A stretch of DNA of 63,533 bases, counting the filler, from Cercozoa sp. M6MM (taxonomy: Eukaryota > Protista > Endomyxa: Ascetosporea): the NCBI GenBank assembly GCA_040357565.1. It is 18 parts of 18 records of this genome, joined end to end, with 100 filler letters (N's around TTAATTAATTAA, not from the genome) between each part and the next. Parts side by side here need not be neighbours in the genome. Positions count along the whole stretch, not along the records: positions 24,472 to 26,892 come from JBDODJ010001773.1; positions 26,993 to 28,629 come from JBDODJ010001968.1; positions 28,730 to 35,416 come from JBDODJ010000705.1; positions 35,517 to 39,920 come from JBDODJ010001144.1; 14 more parts are not named here. The stretch is one strand, 5' to 3'. Below the pieces are notes generated by a model. It saw nothing but the letters and a program-made list of their open reading frames with translations. It was not told the origin of the DNA and did not search any database. Below, one piece after another: positions 25,400-36,574 of the stretch; within the stretch, counting starts at the first letter, position 1, and each line of letters opens with the position of its first letter. Position numbers and translations under genes: made by a program.

Positions 25400-26885
25400 A
25401 CTAAACATGGAGTCAAAAGTGGCGCGGCGGCACGATTAGTGCGGGCAGTGACTGGCCAGAGGTGCGACTGCTGGCAGGAGCAGCAGCAGCACTGTGCAGC
25501 AGCTCGTAGGCCCAGCGTGTGGCACTCGTGATCACTCTGGCCTGTTAGGGTGTTCGGGGGTTAAGGGGAGTAAAGTGGGCCTAGTAAAGTGAGGGGTAAA
25601 GGGGGGTAAAGGAGCCAACTCACAACGGCGATCGACGTCGGTCGACGCAGCGGCAACAACTGCGTGCTCTTCACTCGCGCCTGGGGTAAGAGGGGGGTAA
25701 AGAGGAGGGTAAAGGGGGGTAAAAGGGGGGGGTAAAACCCACCGTGGAGTACAGTCGCATCTCGTCGATGAGCAAGGTGCGCGGCGGCAGCGAATGCACC
25801 GGCCAGTCGGCGTGCGGCTCCAGTATCTCCATCCTGGGTGGGGGGGGGGGGGGAAAATAGGGGGGCAAGGGGGAGGTAAAACCGCACCACTGTGCATGCA
25901 GTTGCGCAGCGACGTTTCTTGTCGCTCTCGCTGTCGTTTCTCTAGGCCGCGACGTTTCTCCCACTGGCGTTTCTCCCACTGGCGGCGTTTCTCCAGTTCC
26001 CGTTGTTGTTGTTGCTGCCGCCGTAGCATGTGCCTGCAGCAGCGCCGTCTGCCACAGCGCCGTCGCCGCCGTGCCGAGTTCACTCGTGGCCGGCAGTTGC
26101 TGTAGCCAGTGTAGCCACTCTGTACACACACACATGGACACTTGTACGGTACAGTGGTCCGTACGTCTGGACTGAAAGTACTGGTACCACAGGCTGGGAC
26201 ACGAGTCGCCACGACCGACGAGAAACGCGCCGGTGAGGCACTCGACACCACTGGCAGTGGGTGTCTGTCCCCGGGGGGGGGGTAAAGGGGTTCGGGTAGG
26301 GAGGTAGGGAGGTAAGGGTAGGGAGGTAAGGATAGGGAGGTAGGTAGGTAAGGGTAAGGTGGTAGGGGGGTAAGCGGGGGGGTAAGATACTCCAAGGCCG
26401 CAGCCACACGCGCCACGGCGCGAGTCAGCGTTCGCTGCCACCGCAGCAACTGCGCATCTTCTACGTCGGCCTGGGGGAGGTAAACAGGGGGGTAAACAGG
26501 GGGGTAAACAAGGGGGTAAACGGGGGGGGCACACAGGGGGGGTAAACAGGGGGGGGTAAGAGGCAGGGGGCACATGCGACAGAGAGCGATCGGCGCGATC
26601 GATCAGTCGGAGCAAGAAGCCGCGTGCGTCGCCGTGGAGGACCGACCAGTCGAGGCAGGTGTCCGCGCGGACAGTCTCAGGGTCAGTGTCGGTGTCGGTG
26701 TCAGTGTCGGTGACGGTGTCAGTGCCCAGCATGCGCAGAGCGACGGTGAGTGCCAGTGGCACACGTGTCACCTCAGTCGGCGACGGTGACAGCAGCGACT
26801 GCAGCACGTCCTGCAACCGCCGGTCCGCCGACAGCGCCGCCTCCGCCTGCGCGCTGCCCTCGCGCCACTTCGCTCTGCTCCTGGG
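25400..26885 (-). CDS. Uncharacterised protein, 3' part, C-rich repeat introns
   Basis: GC-rich exons (LQDVLQSLL.., ECLTGAFLVG.., WLHWLQQLP..) separated by introns. Confidence 0.45.
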
Positions 26886-26992
26886 GGGGGAANNNNNNNN
26901 NNNNNNNNNNNNNNNNNNNNNNNNNNNNNNNNNNNNTTAATTAATTAANNNNNNNNNNNNNNNNNNNNNNNNNNNNNNNNNNNNNNNNNNNN

Positions 26993-27035
<43 letters not shown>

Positions 27036-27594
27036 ACACGCGCGCGCGCACCTCTCGTTTGCCGTAGGCCCGCCGCATGAAGCACGACCTCGACAGCATC
27101 GCCGAAGATAAGATCTCGCTCGCTCGAGAACGACTCCACATTCCGCGGGAGGGGAGCGACTGCCAGGTCATGGTCATTGGTCACCACAAAATCCGAAACT
27201 TCAGAGAAATAACTACAAGCTCCATGGTCGAACTCATCACTTCTTGCAGTTGCAACTTCCCACATTGCTCCTCTACAATTGTAACATTCTCCTACAATTG
27301 TACTCCAGGGCAGAGGAGGGAAGGGGTTTGTTTGGAACATTTATTGAGACGCTGAGTCCAACATGGAATATTAGTCCACGTGGACATTTGATCTTTGGAT
27401 ATATTTAAGGTCTCGTTTTCTGGACGTATTTTTGAGGCGTTTTCCTTGTAGTGCTGTTTCTAGAAAATTAACTATGTAGCTAGTGGGGAGGGTGCGAATA
27501 CAATCATCATCGCATCGTTATGATCGCGGTTTGGCGCGGCTCGGTGAGACATGTTGTCGGTCACAATACGTCGCGATCGAGTGTGTCACGTCGG

Positions 27595-28243
27595 TCATAA
27601 CCGATTGTCTTTGTGCTCATCGTCGATTGCGGTGTAGTTGTTGTCGGGCTCGACGGAGTTGAGGTCGTCCGAGTCGTCTTCTTCCTGCTCGTGCGCAGCG
27701 TTGAGGTGTGCACTGTAGGCCTCCACGGGCAGTCGACAGGGCCGCGTGTTCTGCCACCGTATGAGCAGCGATTGTTATTGATAGCACACGACAGCAGAAG
27801 CTTGTAGACTCACCTGAACGACACGCTTGACGACACCGTCGCCGATGTAGATGATGCGATCGGCGTAAGTCTCCAGATCGGGATTGTGGGTGACCATGAG
27901 CATCGTGGTCCCTTCAGATACATGGAGACATAGGGATATTAACTAGACACAGGGAAAGATGCAAGACTACCACTCTCGGCGTTGATGGATGCAAGCAGAT
28001 CCATCACCTCCACAGTGTTTCGCACATCGAGATCACCTCTGTTATGAAAGACACAATGATGCTAAGAAGACGGGACACAGGGGGACCAAGCGTACGTTGG
28101 CTCATCGAGCAGGAGTAGTTCGGGATTGTTGGCCAGCGCACGCGCAATGGCCACGCGCTGTTGTTCGCCTACAGGGAAGAAGGTAGTACAGAGAGAGAGA
28201 GAGAGAGAGAGGAGGGAGAGAGAGAGAGAGAGAGAGAGAGGAG

Positions 28244-28341
<98 letters not shown>

Positions 28342-28351
28342 NNNNNNNNNN

Positions 28352-28403
<52 letters not shown>

Positions 28404-28536
28404 CTACCGCCGCTAAGCTCGGACGGTAGGTGTCCTAACCGGTCGCCAAGACCCACCTGGCCAAGCAGCATGACAGCACGCTGTCTGGCCTCCTTCTGCG
28501 AGACACTGGCCGCCATCAGCATGGGCAGCTCCACTG
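27595..28536 (-). CDS. Stand-alone ABC ATPase of LolD/FtsE/MacB (MJ0796) type, Dictyostelium AbcH-like; 5' truncated, 4 introns within span
   Basis: [71 protein letters not shown]. Confidence 0.9.
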
Positions 28537-28581
28537 CACAACAGATCCAGCACGGCAAATCACTCAGCTCTCAGGCAGACC

Positions 28582-28629
<48 letters not shown>

Positions 28630-28791
28630 NNNNNNNNNNNNNNNNNNNNNNNNNNNNNNNNNNNNNNNNNNNNTTAATTAATTAANNNNNNNNNNNNNNN
28701 NNNNNNNNNNNNNNNNNNNNNNNNNNNNNATATATATATATATATATCATCTGTGTCTTATTTGGGGTTGTAGGTGTTTGAGTTTCTCCGT

Positions 28792-30339
28792 GATCACTAT
28801 GTTGGTGATGGCCGTTTCCGGTTCGAGGTAGACGATGTTCGATGAAGTACACTCCGTTCGAATATGGCAATGTGATCCGTAGTACTCCGCGAACTTTCTT
28901 CGTTGGGCGTTGACTCCGCCCGGTTCTGAGGTACGTGTCCGTGCATGTATATGTCTGTGTGCACGGGTGTGCATGTGTACCATGTGCAACAGGACAAACG
29001 CGACCTGCTGATTCAGCTGCGTAGTCGAGATACCAACCAACTCGTCGGCCTAATCACTGGTGTACCTGGCACCATTGTCGTTGGCGATCCCGTCGCGTAA
29101 GTTTGCTTTCGTTTGTAGGCATACACCACTGTACGCTGGTTTGTTTACGCACTCACGTTGACTCTTGTGCTTTCAGCGAGGACGCGGGGAGCACGCGACG
29201 CACCATGGTCACAATCGACTTCTTGTGCGTGCACGCTGAATATCGGTGCTGTGTTCCTATGTCTCTGTTGCCGCTATGTCACACCCCTATTGGACAGAAA
29301 TCGAAGTCTCGCACCGCTGCTGATCCAGGAAGTGACGCGGCGCACACGTCGTTATGACATCCACCAGGCCGTCTACACTGCCGGTACGTCCGCCATTGCA
29401 CAACCTCCCATCCGATCTGTCTCTGCCTTTAATGCATGAACAGGCGTGCTGCTGCCGACACCAGTGTCGGAGGCGCAGTACTACCACCGCATCCTCAATG
29501 TCAAGAAGGCGATTCGCACGGGCTTCTCGTTTTTGCCTTTCGGTCGATCACTGCGTGTACCATCTGTCATGCACTTTAAGGGGTATCCGGACAGTGCAGT
29601 GCAAGTCATCGTTGTGATGTTGTAGGATGAGATCCGCGACAAGAAGCCAGCACCGTTGCCGCAACTGCCTCGCTTCCAGCCGCTGCAACGGCGGCACGTG
29701 GCCTCTGCGTAACTTGTCCTACTTCCCATCTTGGTTCTTTCACCTCCTTCTGCACACCAGGTGCCAACTACTAAACGAGGACCTGTCGCGCACGACGCGT
29801 CTCTGGCAGCACTTCGACGAGGCTGAGTTTGCGCACATGTTCCTTCCCAGACAGGGTACGCTCCCGCTCCCCCGATGCTTTCTTGCCAGCTGGAAGGGTG
29901 TTTGCATCAGGTGTTGTACACTCCTATGTCATCACGGACGAGAGCGATGACAGCGTGGTTACCGACTTTGCTTCGTACTACGTGGTGCCCAACCAGGTTC
30001 TCGACGAGGACGAGGTACCTAACTTAGCATAGATAGACACACACACACACGCACACGCACACGTATTTGACTATACAGCAAGTGGATGCGGTATTGAACA
30101 CGGCGTTCCTGTACTACACGGCGGCATCGACTGTGCCGCTGTCGGCTCTCGTGGACGATCTGCTCAGCGAGGCGTACGACGCAGGCATCGACGTGTGCAA
30201 CTGCCTCACCGTCGGCAAGAACCGCGACATAATGCGCCAGTGCAAGTTTGGCCCTGGCACCGGCTTCCTCAAGTACTACATCTACAACTGGAAGACGCGA
30301 TCTCTGCACGACGATCAGGTCGGCCTGCTGCTGCTCTAG
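28792..30339 (+). CDS. NMT: N-myristoyltransferase (divergent), 5' truncated, multi-exon
   Basis: FRFEYSANFLRWALTPPG, IDFLCVHAEYR..LAPLLIQEVTRR, QAVYTAG..LPTP..YYHR.LN, KFGPGTGFLKYYIYNW..VGLLLL*. Confidence 0.9.
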
Positions 30340-30505
30340 CCATGCCGATGAATCTTTACTGCACTTCTTTGAGCTGTATTTAGTACTCATTTAGTTAGAG
30401 AAGTGGCTGGTCAGTTTCCCTGCGGTCCGGGGTGCTTCAGAACGGTGCTTCAGAACATGACAACGAACAGAGGTTAACTATATGGCTGTAAATTATGGTT
30501 GTGGT

Positions 30506-30521
30506 GGTGTATTTATACACC
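30506..30521 (-). promoter_or_regulatory. Variant histone mRNA 3' stem-loop (H2A)
   Basis: Minus strand GGTGTA-TAAA-TACACC followed by ACCAC, 66 nt after the H2A stop; identical in H2B. Confidence 0.85.
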
Positions 30522-30587
30522 GGAAGGGAGGTGGATGGATCCCTTGATTGGTTTGCTGGGAGCGTATTTTGCGAGCTGGCAAGATAC

Positions 30588-31028
30588 TTAGGCGCGCTTG
30601 CTCTTCTTGCTCTTCTTCTCCTTAGGCAGGAGCGAGGCGTGGATGTTGGGCAGCACACCGCCCTGCGCGATCGTCACCTGGCCGAGCAGCTGGTTGAACT
30701 CCTCGTCGTTGCGCACGGCGAGCTGAATGTGACGCGGGATGATGCGCTGGCGCTTGTTGTCGCGAGCGGCGTTGCCGGCAAGCTCCAGAAGCTCAGCGCA
30801 CAGGTACTCGAGAACCGCGGCGCAGTACACCGGGGCGCCAGAGCCGATGCGGGCAGCGTAGCGACCCTCGCGGAGGAAACGGTGCAGACGGCCCACCGGG
30901 AACGTCAGACCAGCGCGCGACGAACGCGTCTGCTGCTTGGCGCCCTTGGCGCTACCCTGCAGAATACCATGCCTTCAAAGCCCAGGCACAAAAAGTAAAC
31001 GCCTTGGTACCTTGCCTTTGCCAGCCAT
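30588..31028 (-). CDS. H2A: Histone H2A (intron 30957-31010)
   Basis: MAGKGK|[78 protein letters not shown]. Confidence 0.97.
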
Positions 31029-31134
31029 GATTGCTTGTCTTGGTTACTTTGTCAAACCTTTCGAACTTTGCGAAATGCAGAAGTGGTTGAGGTGGAACCT
31101 CGCACTCGCAATCTGGGTGGCTCAAATCGGCCGG

Positions 31135-31481
31135 AAAGTTGCCGAGTGTGCCACCATTTTGCCAAAAAACTCTCACAAACTCTCTTACGGGCTCTATTAC
31201 ATGCATATAGACATAAAGGGCATGATAAATTAACATCGACACCTTTTTAAACCTTAAAAACGCTTGCAGCGAGAAAAACCCCAAAAATATCTCGCGCCCA
31301 AATCTGCCAAAAAAGTTGCCAGGGAATAAATACTTGATTTTTCTTTTTGTAGTGCGTAAACCGCCAATTGTGCCACTTTGAACTGATGTAAAGTAGCATT
31401 AGAAGTTATTTAGCGAGCGTCACGCTCCAAAACGCACAAATGAGAGTTTTCTGGCAAAATGGTGGCACACTCGGCAACTTT
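31135..31481. promoter_or_regulatory. Bidirectional H2A/H2B promoter with a 41-bp inverted repeat (31135-31175 / 31441-31481)
   Basis: AAAGTTGCCGAGTGTGCCACCATTTTGCCA(A/G)AAAACTCTCA, 40/41 identical, each copy about 90-105 nt upstream of an ATG. Confidence 0.8.
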
Positions 31482-31572
31482 TGGGCCCTGAGGAGTGGGC
31501 CTTTGTTGGGCCGAAAAGTCGGGTGACCCCACCCCAAGAGTTTGTTCTTCCAAGACACAAGACAAGTTAAAG

Positions 31573-31932
31573 ATGCCCGCCAAGAAGACCCCAGCCAAGA
31601 AGGTCCCCGCTGCCGCCGCTGCCGAGCACGCTGGCGCTCGCCGCAAGCCGACGCAGTCGTACAACATCTACATCTACAAGGTGCTCAAGCAGGTGCATCC
31701 GGACGTTGGCATCTCCAAGCGCGCCATGTCGATCATGAACTCGTTCATCAACGACACGTTCGAGCGTCTCGCTCTTGAGGCCTCGCGCCTGGCGCAGTAC
31801 AACAAGAAGTCGACGCTCACGTCGCGAGAGATCCAGACGGCCGCGCGCCTGCTGCTCCCGGGTGAGCTTGCCAAGCACGCCATCTCCGAGGGCACCAAGG
31901 CCGTGACCAAGTACACGTCGAGCCGCTCGTAA
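31573..31932 (+). CDS. H2B: Histone H2B
   Basis: [79 protein letters not shown]. Confidence 0.98.
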   Translation: MPAKKTPAKKVPAAAAAEHAGARRKPTQSYNIYIYKVLKQVHPDVGISKRAMSIMNSFINDTFERLALEASRLAQYNKKSTLTSREIQTAARLLLPGELAKHAISEGTKAVTKYTSSRS

Positions 31933-32004
31933 GCGCCATCAAAAAGCGATTGCTCGAATAAAAAGCAAGCAGCAACTTCAAAACAGAATCCAAGCGTTTC
32001 TTCC

Positions 32005-32020
32005 GGTGTATAAATACACC
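32005..32020 (+). promoter_or_regulatory. Variant histone mRNA 3' stem-loop (H2B)
   Basis: GGTGTA-TAAA-TACACC followed by ACCCA, 72 nt after the H2B stop. Confidence 0.85.
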
Positions 32021-32245
32021 ACCCAACTCCTTTTCCAAAATATCGTTTCCAAAATTCGCTGGACGCAGCTGGTATTGTGTCGTCCGCTAAACTCGCTGTT
32101 GCTTTGCGACCAACGACGTATGAAGCTCGACGAAGCTCGACTCTTGTATGCCGACGGGATCGAAATAAACTGAACTTACCACTACGTTGCGTTTGTTGCA
32201 CAGATAAATATGATAAAGTGGTGACAGGGTATCAGATTTTTCGCC

Positions 32246-35200
32246 TTAGTGGCGGCGCGTGCGCGTGCGGGGATTGGCAATGTAGCGACGCGTATGAGCA
32301 CGCCACTCCTGCAGCAGAGGTTCACGAACGTGCACTGCACGGCCGTGAGGGCTCTCCACTCTGCAATGCAAGGGAACGTACATATGTTTACTATGTACAC
32401 CCGAGAGAGAGAGAGCAGAAAGACAAAGCGTACTGTAGTTCAATCGGTCCAGCAGCAACGACGCCGACAAAGCCGAGGCCAGGAAGCGCAATTTCACAGG
32501 CAACGTCGGTCCATCCCTTGCCTGTAAGGGAGGGGATATACCGATCGGGGGTGCGCCAGGACATAAAAGGCTAAAAGGCAGGTCAGTGCACAGCAGGACA
32601 GGTACCCTCGATCTGCATGATGCCGTCCGAGGAGACCGGGTGCTCCAGCAGGCCAGAAACATGCTGCACAGGCGACACGTTAAATTCCTCGAGTCGCTCG
32701 GGACTGTAGGGCGGGAAGATGTGTCCATGACGACCCACACCTACAGAGGGAGGGAGGGAGTAAAGGTCGGAGGGCTGGGGGAAGGAAACGGTAGTCTACC
32801 ATGCTTGAGTGTGTACTCGAGTCGGTCCTGCAGCGACAAGTGCACGCCGACGTTGCGTGAGACCCACGAAGTCAGGAAGCACGGATCGCCAGACACCTGG
32901 CGGATACGGTAAAAGCCGCCGAGGCACAGCACCTGCAGACATCAGTCAGTCAGTCACGATGGAGGGATAGGTAGAAGGTAGAGATTAGTCGGTACCTCAC
33001 GACCAGGCTCGACCTTGTAACTCACTGGCAGCACGCGGTCCTTGGGCATCACGTCGCGCAACTCGTCGCTTCGCAGGTGCGACAAAAGGTTACGCTCCTG
33101 CACCAGACCCGGCGTGTCCACCAGCGAGCGTTGCGGCCACACCGGGTGCGGGAACGGAATCACGCCTACGGGGGGGGGGGGGGAAAACAGGGGGCGAACG
33201 GCGGGGGAGGGGTGTACCCTGCGTGGTGCCAGGCAGCCGCGAAGCCGTCGGCAGGCGCTGTCGCACGTTCTCAAGGAGTCCCTTCTCGATAAGTGCTGAG
33301 ATGAGACTGCTCTTGCCCGTATTGGCGGCACCGCACACCACAGCATCTCGATGGCTACACTTACAGACACATACAGAACATAAACATACAGTACACACAC
33401 AGGAGAGTAAGGGTGCGGAAGGGGATACCGCAGGTCATGCTCCTTCATGAGACGCGTCAGGAGCCGGCCCACAGCGTTCTGCTTCTTGGCCGACATGGGC
33501 ACCACGGCGGCCACATCGAGGCCTACACGATTAGGAAGGGGAATCGGATGGAATAGAATGGTATGGCATGCGGCAGAGGAGGACGAGGGTACCACTGAGT
33601 TCGCACTGCTCGCGCGCCCACTGCTGCACGCGCGGCCACGACACGCGTCGCGGCAGCAGGTCCATCTTGTTCAGCGCCAGGATCACACGATGCGCGCGAC
33701 CCTGCTGCTTCTCTTCCTGCACATACGCAAGTTAAGGGCACGGGGTTAAAAGGGCACAGAGTGCAAAGCTACAAAGCTACCTCAAGCAGTTGCGGTAGCT
33801 CCTCCAGCTGCGTGCCCTCGAAGTCAAAGGCGTCGACCACCACGATGAGCACCTTGGCAGACGCTTCGTTCGACTCGTTAGGTCGTTGCGAACTGTGCAA
33901 TTCATAGGCATATACGCAGATAGAATATATATATGTCTGTATTACCGAAGTGCATCACGCAGAACGTTGCGGAACTGCTGAATATCGGCCTCTGCACGAA
34001 CAGGGAATAAATTGAGGTGGGAGGTTAACGGAAGACAACGCAGCACCAGTAGGCGACACGGCAATGCCCGCCTTCTCGGCCACGTTCTGCACCAACATAT
34101 CAAGTGGATAAAGTGTACTTATGAGCGAAAGGGTAGACTACCTGCCCATCACGGAAGAGCGTCATGCAGCGGTGGCACGTCACTTGCGCACGTGCCTTCA
34201 GCTTCCGTTCCTGCTGCTGTTCGGCAGCGCGGCTCCACTGCGCACGAGCTGCCTCGGCCACCTATGCAATGGGGGGGGGGGTAAACGTACATACACATAC
34301 ACAGAGTAAGCGTACCGCAGGGTGCTGCAGGTCGATGTCCTGCCAGTGCCAGTCCTTCTTGTTGTCAGCGCCGTGCACCTCCTGGTGAGCCTCCACCACG
34401 GCTGCCCAAGGAGTGAAGGGAGTAAGAGGGGGCGGGGTTTAAGACAGAAGTCATACCAGCACTGGGTCGCTCGGTGAGCTTTCGTGTCTCGTAAACGTCC
34501 CGATTGTCGATGGGACCACGTACACGTTCAAGTGCCTACATACCTCTCCATCCTAGTGAACACTCATCGGTACAGCTGGGCATACCTGTCGCAGACGACG
34601 CTCCCACCCGGCCGAGGTTTCGTCAAAGTCATCGACGCCGTCGGCATCCACTTCGAGCTCGTCCTCGAACTGTAGCATATAGGACAGGCTTACCCCCCCC
34701 CCCCAGTGAAGTTGTGCGGGACTACCTCTTCGGTAGATGGCGTGAAACGCGAGTCGCGACCGACCTGTTCGAGTTTGTTCCACTGTGAGTCGGGAATGAC
34801 GACCTCGTCCTCTTCGTCGTCATCGTCATCATCTTCGACTGCAAGATGGACAGGGTAGCGGACAAGGTAATGGACAGGGAAGTGGACAAGGCAGTGGACA
34901 AGGTAGTGGACAAGGTAGTGTATCCTCAAGGTAATGGGACAGTTGTACCTACACCAGCGAGTTGCTCGACTGAGAGGCCAGTTACTTGCGACATCAGCAG
35001 CGGCACCACCTGAGATAGACAAATGGTAGACATATGGTAGGAGAAGGTAGGTAGACGGCAGGAAGGTAGAGGTGACAGAGAGCAAGGAGGCACCTCGGCA
35101 CGACACAGCGCCATCTGACGCTCGAACTTCTTGTGGTCCGACACGTAACCCTGCCAAGGACATGTAAATAGGAGGTAAAGAGGGTTAAAACGGTATAAGG

Positions 35201-35416
35201 CGTACATGCTTGGCGGTCGAGTCGCCTCGGACACGCGGCAACACTGCCTTGGCGTCGATCCAGCCTCGCTATACACACATGTGCATTAACATACGGAGAC
35301 ATACGGACACACACAACTTCAGTTGTGTACCTGATCGGGACGCTTCCACTGCAGCGCAGCACCGCAGCCAGCACAGTGCGTCGGGAGCAACTTGACCACT
35401 TCCTCCTGTACATATA
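32246..35416 (-). CDS. NOA1/YqeH circularly permuted GTPase, 5' truncated
   Basis: Zn-finger CAGCG...CHRC; VVDAFDF; G4 NKMDLL; G1 GAANTGKSS; G2 PGTT; G3 DTPG in the permuted order; ends VREPLL..RRH*. Confidence 0.88.
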
Positions 35417-35516
35417 NNNNNNNNNNNNNNNNNNNNNNNNNNNNNNNNNNNNNNNNNNNNTTAATTAATTAANNNNNNNNNNNNNNNNNNNNNNNNNNNN
35501 NNNNNNNNNNNNNNNN

Positions 35517-35593
<77 letters not shown>

Positions 35594-36308
35594 GATTGCT
35601 TAAGAAGGCAACCTGTATAATTAAAGTACAGAAGAGCCGTAAGCAGTGCCTGCTCGTACGATTCGTGGGCTCACTTCAATGCCTGTGTCGGTCCGCTTCA
35701 TGGCCTGGCACGGTTTATCGAACGTACCCCCAGTAAAACAGGAAGAAGATAGACGATACCGGAATCGCGACCGACGAATTGAGAAAGATGGCACCAGAGT
35801 CGCCTTGCGAAGCCTTCACAATCGCATCGGTTTGACCGGCGCTGGCCTCGGCACGCGAAAGGTTGATTAGCGGCATCTGTCCTAGCAATGCCGTCATCAG
35901 AGTCGCCACAAGCACAACGACAAAGATGCTGCATGTGCCTGCGTATAAAAAGAAACAACAACAATCCCCGTCCTGGCGAGAAAACGTGCGAGCGAAGGAA
36001 GTAATCCACCGAGACAGAATTCGCATCGACGCTGACGAGCTTCCGATCTCTATTACCAAAGACACGGACATAGACAACTTGGAGTCACGACAGTACCATA
36101 CTTGTACCGAAAGCGAAAGGAACAGGCGCAGTTCACCCTGCCACCCACGCGAAAACCTTGGCTGTGCTCTTTCTTCGTCGTCAGAGCTCACAATGCTCTG
36201 CTGGGGTGCGACTAGAACCTTCGCGCCGTTTCCGTCATCGCTGCTTGCACTCTGGTCACCAATCTGATCTACTACATGCTGCAGCTCGAGCTCTACCGGG
36301 TGTTCCAT
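35517..36308 (-). CDS. FtsX/MacB-like ABC permease (protist DUF214 type), 5' part
   Basis: Spliced ELRLFLSLS-RSEARQRRCEFCL-GTCSIFVVVLVATLMTALLGQMPLINLSRAEASAGQTDAIV..IFLNSS matches the TM1/ectodomain start as I recall it from ciliate and amoebozoan FtsX permeases. Confidence 0.6.
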
Positions 36309-36574
36309 CACCCTAGAACAATAATGTCATAAATCAAGCGCTTAGTATGCGCCAAAATGCTGCGCTCGTCGAACGTGCTGTGGACTGCAAGAATTTCGGC
36401 GCTCCGCAAGTTCTGCCTTCGAACACACTTCTTCTTTGGAATCACTTGGTGCGTCACCTGCCTATTCACAAGATGTATGCGCTGGTGCGCTGCGGCTGAT
36501 ATTGCGCGATTTTTTGCGTTTGCCGCGATTTCGTGTTTTCTGGTGATGTATGTTGTTGTGCCGTAGACACAACC

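Noticed and set aside
31488-31530. Second hammerhead (CTGAGGA...GAAA) upstream of H2B
   Set aside because: Stem II and stem III do not pair in register with the core.
27595-36308. ABC ATPase and permease as an operon-like cluster
   Set aside because: Two artificial linkers separate them; proximity is not evidence of linkage.
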